This document shows positions 54,711 through 64,000 of a stretch of 64,000 nucleotides of DNA, piece by piece. The stretch is from positions 241,304,001 through 241,368,000 of the forward strand of contig OZ024741.1 of assembly GCA_964016885.1 (NCBI GenBank), in the 5' to 3' direction. The stretch comes from Eledone cirrhosa. Taxonomy: Eukaryota. How positions within the stretch are numbered: position 1 is the first letter of the stretch; the number at the start of each line of letters is the position of its first letter. The notes under the pieces are model-generated. The model was not told the origin of the DNA. It did no database searches and worked only from the letters and a program-made list of their open reading frames with translations. A program made the translations under genes and the position numbers.

Positions 54711-55319
54711 ATATAAAAGTAAAATTGAGATGGAGGGTTTTGCATCAGATGTGAGACAAACCACAAACCCTCCCACTCAATTTTAATTTTGAAAAGCATA
54801 AGAACTTTGAAACCAGTAAAGGAAATAAATAAATATTCTGAAAAAAACTCCAGTTACATTTTTGATTTCTTTCCTTATACTTACACCCATGTAGGACATC
54901 TCGTTTTTTTCTTTTTCTTTTGTCTTTTTTATAAAAAAAATCATTTTATTATATATATATATATCATAAAGAGTCAGAACCAGATGGCAGAGCTCAGCCA
55001 TTGAGTCCTGACTCTTTTTGATATAGCCATACTTTACTACTCCAACTATCGAGTACTCTGTTGAGTAATTGTCTAACTAGTTTCAAACTGATATATATAT
55101 ATACATATATTCAGAGAAAGAGAAGAGAAAGTAAAATGAAATTCATTTCATTTCATTTTATGTCCGCTTTTCCCTGCTTGCAAGGGTGGGACGGGAATTA
55201 ACACTCAATTAACACTTAACATTTAATATTCTACCATACTATTTCATTCTAATACCATTATAAATTTTAAAGGATTGTAAATAAAACGAGTAAATCAGAC
55301 AAAATTTGAATTCCTTATA

Positions 55320-55358
<39 letters not shown>

Positions 55359-56083
55359 GGGTGCATAAAAGATGTAGTGGGATCACAGGTAAGCTAACTA
55401 AGAACATAGATTTTACATGTGGCCGGTGTTCTGGTGCAATAAGTAGCAGCAAGTGCCCACAAAATACTAGCTCTTTCAATTGCGCAGAGGGTTCTATAGA
55501 AATAGTGGACAGCTTCCGTTACCTGGGCGATAAAATCAGCAGTGGGGGAGGGTGCTCTGAAAGTACAGTAGCTAGAGTCAGAACTGGTTGGAAAAAGTTC
55601 AGAGAGCTTATACCACTATTAGCTGCTAAAGGGTTCTCCCTAAAAATGAAAGGCAGGTTGTACGATGCCTGCATACGAACAGCAATGTTGCATGGCAGTG
55701 AGACCTGGGCATTGTGTGCAGAGGATATACGCAGACTAGAGAGGAACGAAGCTTGCATGCTCCGCTGGATGTGTAACAGTAATATACGTGAATGGCAAAG
55801 CATAAACGAACTAAGGAAAAAATTAGAGATAAGAGGGATCAGATGTTGTTTAATCGAGAGAAGGCTACGTTGGTATGGACACGTGATGCGCATGAAAGTC
55901 GATAGCTGTATAACAAAGTGCAGGGCAATAAAGATAGATGGTAGCCACGGAATAGGCAGACCTAGAAAAACCTGGGACGAGCTGATAAACTCCGATCTCA
56001 CACACTTACACCTCTCCAAGACAATGTCACTGGACCGAGACCTTTGGCGGTACTCAGTAACAGAGAAGACCCGCCTTACCTAA
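55359..56083 (+). mobile_element. RTE-type LINE, 5'-truncated, open C-terminal RT/thumb region
   Basis: 'WVHKRCSG..FTCGRC..IEIVDSFRYLG..ARVRTGWKKFREL..KGRLYDACIRTAMLHGSETW..RRLRWYGHVMR..GRPRKTW'. Confidence 0.85.
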
Positions 56084-56099
56084 ATACATAGTAAAACCT

Positions 56100-56485
56100 A
56101 CTACAGCCAGTATGCATCTCTAACAAAATACACCCCGTCCTACCACCCCCACCCCCACCCCATCCACACCACCCCGTTCTATGTAAAGTTATGTTGGTGC
56201 CGCGCCATCCAGGCCGAAACAAATGAGATCGTGTAGGTGTCACGACAAAAAAACACACAGTCCACGCTGTAATGTGGCCGTGTAGGCAACACGGTAAAAA
56301 CCTCCCAGACCCACACTGTAAATGTGGTTGGTGTTAGGAAGGGCATCCAACTGTAGAAAACCTGCCAGACAGTCCTATGCGAGCAAGACAATCACTCTTG
56401 CCTCAAGTGGGACTACCCCCGTCCAAACCCATGCAAGCGTGGAAGACGGACGTTAGACGTTGATGATGATGATGATGATGATGAT
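56100..56485 (+). mobile_element. Retroposon family C, full length
   Basis: Reverse orientation of 37431-37802; (GAT)n tail. Confidence 0.8.
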
Positions 56486-56887
56486 ATATATATATATATA
56501 TATAAAGGAGAACAAACTGTTAAAACATGTTTATTTAAAACAGCACCTACATACGTTTTGCCCGAAAAGGGGTTCTCAAGGGCATAAAAAACTAAAGAGT
56601 ATTCCTTACGTGACCCAGAAGGGGTTTTAAAGATAAATTCACATCACAGTTCATTCTTCGTAAAGCACATTTATTGTTTTTTCAGTAGATCAGGGCAGAT
56701 AACTCTAGCCGGTGTTAGAGTAGTGTTCCCCAAGCTATTTGTTACCCGTTACTACTTTGTGGGTACTGCTTTACCTTTGTCGATTCCCGCCGGGTCTGGG
56801 ATGCATGGTTGGTTTCCAGATGTTTATTTGCAGCGCCTGCCCACTGGGGTGTTAAGGTTTGGTGCTGGGAGACCCAGTTTATGGTTT

Positions 56888-59386
56888 TCATGCCTCATTC
56901 TTATTCCATCTGGAGTAAGGCCTCTTTATACGGTGCCTGCAGTTTATCACTGATTCTGCTCTGCTGTTGATGAGCTCAGGGGGTGCCGTTATGATATGAT
57001 AAAGCTCCATGAGACAAAGCTCGCACTTCCTCTTGAAATTGTACAGTGCTGCTCTGCCGACAATTTCCCAGTGTATGGAGAAGATGATGTTTGAGTCTTT
57101 TAATGCTGTGATGTAATTGGCAAGCAAAGTGGAGTGTCTTAGTTTTTTGTTTGTGAAAGAGTGGAGATGTGTTTGAAATATATTTTTGAACGGGCCAGAG
57201 GTGGCCCCTATATAATGCTTAACGCTATTATGGCTAGTTATGGTGCACCTATAAATAACCTTATCTGTCAGGCAATTTCCCCTAAGGGGGCAGCGTCCCC
57301 TGTCATGACAGTTGCATTTTCGGTCTCAGTCACTACTAGTTCCCGAGGTGAGGCAATTATTATTGCTATCAATGTTGTAACATATGCCTCTATCCCTGTC
57401 GTTAGTACTATTATATCCCACAGCATGTGGGAAGTTCTTCTCTAAAGCTTCAAAGAATATCCGGGGTATGTTGGAGGCCATACTCTGCGAGTAGGGAGGA
57501 TGGAACCATAGGACGTTACGATGGCGGTTCCGTGTATTATTAGGTTTGCTATGGTTCCGTGTATTAGTAGGTTTTCAAGGTGACCGTTCTTATGCATGTT
57601 ATTGTACTGTAGTCAGTTATGTGTCTCTTTCGCTTTATGCTCGGGTGCACTCGGCTTCCTTCTGCTCCATTTAGTAAGATGCTGGTTGGAAGGCATTGGT
57701 AGTAGGCCATCGCCATTGCTGATCTTATAGTAGGAGAATAATTCTTGTAGGCTACAGTGGTCACCGTCACCAGTGTCGTGATCTTTATTGTGCAGTCGGT
57801 TTTCTACACCATCACTCGTGTAATTAACGTGGCGGCTGTGTTCCTTAGTGCGATTCTCTATACTATAGTTCCTGACTCTGTCTAAGCCGCTGCATGCTCA
57901 GTTATAGGTATGGCTTACTATAACATTAGTCTTATGAGGTTTCTAGCGTTAGGGATGTAAGAGATTCTTCGGTTAAATCCGACACTTAGCAAGGCCTTAT
58001 TGTAGTATTCTGCCGCTTGGTTGAAGATATCCTCGTTAGCGGAGAGCTTCGAGATACTATGTGAGATGCTATAGACTATGAAGTTGAGAGTAGGCTTAGG
58101 GTGGTTTGAGGTATAATTAATATAAGATAGAATCTCTCCGGGCTTATGGTATGGCTTGTATAGGCCCATACTCAACTCCAAGGTCACATCAAGGAAGTTG
58201 ACAACCTGGTGGTTGAGGTCCATAGTTACGGATAGGCCGTATGACTTGAAGAACCTGTGTATGTGCTTGTTAAGGTTCTCTATCCTGTGGGGGCTATGGT
58301 TCCTAATCGTAAACAGGGCATCGTCCCTATATACACCTCCTTGTAGGGCCGGTATCTCTTCCCTAAGTCTATGGAGGAGGTATATTCCGACCAGGTCAGT
58401 TGCTTGCGCTGAGTCACTGGACCCCATCATGACATCAAAGTTATCAGGATGGTTGGTTCTGGTGCAGTGGGAGCCTTCGAACTGGATAATGGTTCTACGC
58501 GCCGCTAGTACTATATCTATCTCTTTTTTAGTGAGGCTAGTGTTAGACTTAGCTAAGATGAGTGCCTTATTTAAGAGTATGGGAGAGATAGAGGCGTAGT
58601 AACTATCTATGTCAAACTAGATGAACTTCAGGGTCGCTTTATCAGGCAACTCGGTGAACCAATTTACGACCTGGTCGGTGTTGCTCCAGAGGCAGAACTT
58701 AGCCTTTCTATTAAGCTCCAGTAGTACTCTATCGAGGATCACTTTACTATATATATCTTACCTATATCAGATGTAGAGCGACATATAAGTCTAATAGAGG
58801 GGATTTCATTAAAGTTACATTTGTGATCCTTAAGAGAGAATCTAGGCGTCAGAGGGACATATGGGTTTGTGTACTTATCTATTTCTAAGCTAATAGCTAT
58901 ATCCTTCCCTACTCTATTTATGTCATTTAAGGTACTAATGGGTGTCTTTTTATAGTCTTTGTGTAGTTCTTTATAGATGAATTGTTTATACTTGCTCACG
59001 CCCATCTTAAACAGCTTCTTGATCTTGTCAGAGGTAACGAAGAGGTGTGGGTCATTCTTGATCTTGGTGATGAGTGCATCCAGGGATGTTAAGAATGGAT
59101 TACTGCATCAGTGTTTATTCTTGAACTTAATGTTTCTGATCAGTTTCAGCAAGTCCTCCTCGAAGGAGTCCAGTAAGGTGTTGTGCGGTGGGTTTCGGTA
59201 TGTTTTGCAGCCGTACCTCTCTTTAGGTTTTGGAAAGTTACGGGTGTCCTTATCTAGGTGGTAGGCCTTCCATCTTACTCTCCGTATAAATGAGTTGGTA
59301 GCATCTATAAGTTGTTTGAGGTAAGTTTTTCTGCTGGGTAAGGGGATACACTTGAGAGACATGGGTAACGGCTGATTCTCCAACAT
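56888..59386 (-). pseudogene. PLE RT + GIY-YIG endonuclease ORF, disrupted
   Basis: In-frame TGA at 59108-59110, frameshift in a TA run near 58750, TAG at about 58616-58618, further stops in the RT-EN linker. Confidence 0.85.
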
Positions 59387-59640
59387 GATGGCAAATAAAG
59401 TGGAGTGCTCTACAAGAGGAGCACGGTAATAGAGTATTTAAGTATCGAGAGAGAGAAAAAGAGATAGGCGATACATATAGTTATTTGCCAATAGCATATA
59501 CAAATGTGCTCAATACTTGTGCTTGCAGTGTTAAATATTGGAAGTGTTAATATCTCACGGGCGAGAAAATAAGCAGAGCGGATATACATGAAAAAATATA
59601 TAAAGGAGAACAAACCGCTAAAACATGTTTATTTAAAACA

Positions 59641-59681
59641 GCACCTACATAAGTTTTGCCCGATAAGGGCTTCTCAAGGGC
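59641..59681 (-). ncRNA. Core-variant hammerhead-like motif in PLE terminal repeat (second copy 56543-56583)
   Basis: gccc UUGAGAA gccc uuauc gggc AAAA cuuaug UA gg(u)gc, i.e. C3U/G8A plus G12A. Confidence 0.55.
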
Positions 59682-59759
59682 ATAAAAAAACTAAAGAGTG
59701 TTCCTTACGTGACCCAGAAGGGGTTTTAAAGATAAATTCACATTACAGTTCATTCTTCA

Positions 59760-59803
<44 letters not shown>

Positions 59804-59806
<3 letters not shown>

Positions 59807-59985
59807 CTTGGGTGGTAGGCATAATCTGTCCTTTGGTTTAGCACCACTACCTGGCTCTTGAGTGCCTTCAGTGGAGTCCAATTTGTTGCAAGTATTTGAA
59901 TAACCTCTTCTGTTTGAAGATACCTTCCTCCTCTACACCACTTTTGGAGGCCTTGTAAAATATCATGCACAATGTCCTCCACTCC
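59804..59985 (-). CDS. Candidate 182-nt internal exon of an unidentified host gene
   Basis: Acceptor 'ttctttatttctgttatgcaag', donor aag|gtatat; single open frame GVEDIVHDILQGLQKWCRGGRYLQTEEVIQILATNWTPLKALKSQVVVLNQRTDYAYHPR; non-repetitive. Confidence 0.45.
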
Positions 59986-60419
59986 CTTGCATAACAGAAA
60001 TAAAGAATACACATATTCATAGCAATACCTGGCCTTGTCTGAGATTAATGCCTAAAATAGATATGATACCATGAATTCTTTATATTTTGGATAAATTACT
60101 TTAACCCTTTTGATACCAAGCCCTTGAAAATTCCTTGTATGATACAAAAAGACCCATTTTAAATGTTCATACTTGCATTAATATCTTCCATTATAAATTT
60201 TCTTTATGAAATTTTTGTTAAGTAATGTTCCAAACTTCAGCTTACTAATGTAAATTTAGTCATTAAATTCCTCCAAATTCTTTTTATTATTTTCAAAATT
60301 AATTGAACCACAGGAAGCATTTTTAATTAGAAATAGGTAATAAAAGGTGAGTGTCCATGAAACATACATATACACCAGGTCTGAACACAAAGGAACCAGA
60401 TTCTTGCTGTCTCCATCTC

Positions 60420-60605
60420 TCATTGGCAGTATTGGTAGAGGGTTGGACGCCATGCTTGGACGCCATGCTTTGACGCCATGCTTTGCCATTCTGAGTTCAA
60501 ATCCCGCCAAGGTTAACTTTGCCTTTCATCCTTACCGGGTCAATAAAATAAAGTACCAGTAATGTACTGGGTTATTGCTGGCCTTGTGCCAAAAGTAGAA
60601 ACAAC
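60420..60605 (+). mobile_element. SINE-B with triplicated 'gacgccatgctt'
   Basis: A/B boxes and core; another 5'-truncated copy at 62265-62367 (-). Confidence 0.8.
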
Positions 60606-61114
60606 TATTATGAGTAAAAGGGGGCCCATGTGCTGGCCCCAGCAGACAGAATAGAGAAGGTGTTTACCCAGAGAGTGGTGTGGAAGATGTGCTGGAAAAG
60701 GCATTCAGCTTGTGTCTTAAAAGATGCCAACATTGTACAGTTGGTTTAGGAAAGTTAATACATTCAGAAATACTTCATCCAAACAATTCAGAAAATTGTT
60801 TAAATAGTAAACAAACAAAATATAGACTTTAGTTTTACATTTTGTTTATTTTCTTAGAAGTTATATGTCACATCCCTCAATATACTAATTTACATAAATA
60901 CAATAAATGAATTATTTGTCTATTCATAAAGTTTTCCCAGTGTCCATTGCAGTGCCTGGGGCTCTGCAATTTTTTTTCTTCATTTCTTTTTTTTGGGGTT
61001 TCACAATTTGTCATAACTTTTTACATCGTTGAAAATATTTGCCCCTATGCAAAATTTCAGCTTGCAATTTCGACTTACCTATATACATTTAATTACACAC
61101 ACACATGCAGATGA

Positions 61115-61144
<30 letters not shown>

Positions 61145-61147
<3 letters not shown>

Positions 61148-61570
61148 ATATAAGATCAAAAGATGGTTAAAGGAGTTCCATGTATTTTATTATGCGCATT
61201 TCAAAAACAAACATCATCATGCAATAATATTTGTGTTTTCATCAGATAAAACAGGAGAACATGATATGAAGGCTAAAAAACACTTGTGGATAGTGCAGTT
61301 TTAAATCAACATATATGATATGTTGATTTAAAACTGCACTATCCACAAGTGTTTTTTAGCCTTCATATCATGTTCTCCTGTTTTATCTGATGAAAACACA
61401 AATATTATTGCATGATGATGTTTGTTTTTGAAATGCGCATAATAAAATACATGGAACTCCTTTAACCATCTTTTGATCTTATATTATGTATACTCCAGTC
61501 CTACAAACTGTAGAGTGCTTCTTATCCGATATCTGCATTGCTTTATTGTACTACAATAAAACTCACCTCC
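61145..61570 (+). mobile_element. Fold-back HHR element: apparently perfect 170-bp arms with 3-nt loop (61145-61487) plus tail
   Basis: Tail 'tatactccagtcctacaaactgtagagtgc' similar to the 37122 tail, with AATAAA near 61555; a fragment of the same family lies at about 16943-16980. Confidence 0.9.
61379..61449 (+). ncRNA. Type-I hammerhead (mirror copy 61183-61253 on minus strand)
   Basis: uguuuuau CUGAUGA [aaacacaaauau..auguuuguuuuu] GAAA ugcgca UA auaaaaua. Confidence 0.8.
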
Positions 61571-61591
61571 TACATATATATATATATATAT

Positions 61592-61805
61592 ATATTCATT
61601 TTATTAAGACTAAATAGTGTCTTGTTACTCTGGGGTTTTGCCTGTTTATCACAGGGTCATCTGACAAGAACAATTCTTGTCTGATTACTCTGTGATAAAC
61701 AGGCAAAACTCCAGAGTAACAAGACTCACTTTTTAGCTTTAATAAAATGAATATCAAAACTCTACTTCAGTATTGAGTACTCTTTTCTCTCAGCCATCAA
61801 TAGCA
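61592..61805 (+). mobile_element. Older fold-back element with degenerate HHR in both arms
   Basis: Arms 61592-61754; two-arm consensus ucuugu CUGAUGA c ccugu gauaa acagg c (G>A)AAA cuccagag UA acaaga; tail 'tacttcagtattgagtac'. Confidence 0.65.
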
Positions 61806-62557
61806 TATGGATATATATATAATAGATGTCATATAATATATATATATATATGTGTGTGTGCGTGTGCATGTGTCTAACCCATGCAAGCATGGTAACATGG
61901 ATGCAAAATGATACATACATACACAAATACGCAGGTGTGTGTTGTGTGTCACAAGAAGCGACTAAAAGTGTTGGTGACAGGAAGGGCATCCAGCTGAAAG
62001 CATTGCTTCAAAAGTTCCCATCTAACCCACTCTAGCATGGAAAAGTCCATATAAAAATGACAATGTTGTTGATGATAATGACACTCCATACAGTGTTATG
62101 CCTCTGTAAATGTGTGTGATAGCAAGCTTGTGATTCATAATATGTCTCTCAATATATAGAAATGTATGAAATGAGAAAAGTTACATTTAGATTTACATTT
62201 TTCATATGTAAATGATATCAACTTGCACAAACATGTATGATCTCACAGCTTATTTGATATAATAATTGTTTCTTCTTTTGGCACAGGGCCAGCAATTATT
62301 CCCAGTGTATTACTGGTACTTTATTTTATCGACCCCGTAAGGATGAAAGGCAAAGTTAACCCCGGCCTTAATAATGTTTATCATCTATAAAATGTTGACC
62401 CCCAGTTTAAGCAATCATAGGGTATGAAACTGCATTGATGGAATATGAAACAGGATTTCACTCATTTGCCAGAGTCCCTACTCTACCAGATATGGCTCCT
62501 TCTAACTACTTTGAGAGTCATGAGGGCAATATGTGGAATGCAATGGCAGAGCGGAGA

Positions 62558-64000
62558 GTCATCATCATCATCAGCATCACCGTTTAATGTCCAGTTCTCC
62601 ACACTAGCATGGGTTAGACGAGCTGTCCCATTGTGAGACAAGCCAGGTCGAATGATCATGTCTTGCTCATACAGAACTGTTTTGGCGTGGTTTCTAGGGC
62701 TAGATGCCCTTCTTAACGCCAACCACATTTATAGTGTATACTGGGCACATTTTGTTGTGACACCTACATGACCACTTTACAGTGTGGACTGGGTGCTCCT
62801 TGTTATGACACCTACATGACCACTTTACAGTATGGACTGGTTGCTCCTTGTTGTGACACCTACATGACCACTTTACAGTGTGGACTGGGTGCTCCTTGTT
62901 GTGCACCCACATGACCACTTTACAGTGTGGACTGGTTGCTCCTTGTTGTGACACCTACATGACCACTTTACAGTGTGGACTGGGTGATCCTTGTTGTGAC
63001 ACCTACATGACTACTTTACAGTGTGGACTGGGTGCTCCTTGTTGTGACACCTACATGACCACTTTACAGTGTGGACTGGGTGCTCCTTGTTGTGACATCT
63101 ACATGACCACTTTACAGTGTGGACTGGTTGCTCCTTGTTGTGACACCTACATGACCACTTTACAGTGTGGACTGGTTGCTCCTTGTTGTGACACCTACAT
63201 GACCACTTTACAGTGTGGACTGGGTGCTCCTTGTTGTGACACCTACATGACTACTTTACAGTGTGGACTGGGTGCTCCTTGTTGTGACACCTACATGACC
63301 ACTTTACAGTGTGGACTGGTTGCTCCTTGTTGTGACACCTACATGACCACTTTATAGTGTGGACTGGTTGCTCCTTGTTGTGACACCTACATGACCACTT
63401 TACAGTGTGGACTGGTTGCTCCTTGTTGTGACACCTACATGACCACTTTACAGTGTGGACTGGTTGCTCCTTGTTGTGACACCTACATGACCACTTTACA
63501 GTGTGGACTGGGTGCTCCTTGTTGTGACACCTACATGACCACTTTACAGTGTGGACTGGTTGCTCCTTGTTGTGACACCTACATGACCACTTTATAGTGT
63601 GGACTGGTTGCTCCTTGTTGTGACACCTACATGACTACTTTACAGTGTGGACTGGGTGCTCCTTGTTGTGACATCTACATGACCACTTTACAGTGTGGAC
63701 TGGTTGCTCCTTGTTGTGACACCTACATGACCACTTTACAGTGTGGACTGGGTGCTCCTTGTTGTGACACCTACATTACCACTTTACAGTGTGGACTGGG
63801 TGCTCCTTGTCGTGACACCTACATGACCACTTTACCGTGTGGACTGGTTGCTCCTTGTTGTGACACCTACATGACCACTTTACAGTGTGGACTGGGTGCT
63901 CCTTGTTGTGACACCTACATGACCACTTTACAGTGTGGACTGGGTACTCCTTGTTGTGACACCTACATGACCACTTTACAGTGTGGACTGGGTGCTCCTT
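62558..64000 (-). repeat. Family C-related retroposon whose internal 48-bp module expanded into a satellite (about 26 units, runs off the window)
   Basis: Tail and body 62558-62750, then unit gtgacacctacatgaccactttacagtgtggactggKtgctccttgtt. Confidence 0.9.

Larger units (their letters stand above)
56501..59758 (-). mobile_element. Near full-length decayed Penelope-like retroelement (Naiad-like) with direct terminal repeats 56501-56659 / 59598-59758
   Basis: N-terminal SLKCIPLPS..FIRRVRWKAY; SDK; FDIDSYYASI; MGS..YRDD; WFHPPYS; CNC-x5-CPLRGNC; VIY..YIG; CELC..E..INSR.E..CRH; (TA)n on both sides. Confidence 0.9.

Noticed and set aside
56660-56890. SECIS element in the PLE 3' UTR
   Set aside because: No convincing AUGA/AA/GA kink-turn stem seen by eye

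Overview
AT-rich, microsatellite-saturated eukaryotic (metazoan) DNA. The SINE/LINE repertoire suggests a coleoid cephalopod such as Octopus, but that is inference. There is no intact long gene: almost all supplied ORFs are translations of (TA)n/(CA)n/(CT)n/(TTC)n repeats or satellites. Real coding remnants are a decayed Penelope-like element (56.5-59.8 kb, RT + GIY-YIG, Naiad-like), RTE- and CR1-type LINE 3' fragments, a Helitron fragment and a few candidate minus-strand host exons. The main unannotated signal is a dense set of minimal type-I hammerhead ribozyme (HHR) motifs in non-coding elements sitting in (TA)n tracts. These comprise a tandem ~0.4-kb retrozyme-like array with three HHRs (34.5-35.8 kb), several unrelated fold-back (palindromic) elements with an HHR on each arm plus a one-sided tail, solo HHRs with very long stem II, and a core-variant HHR in the Penelope terminal repeats. 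Also present: a triple CTCF-like motif cluster, SINE-derived satellites, and an inverted duplication of a dead LINE piece. All structures were read by eye; nothing was folded or searched computationally.
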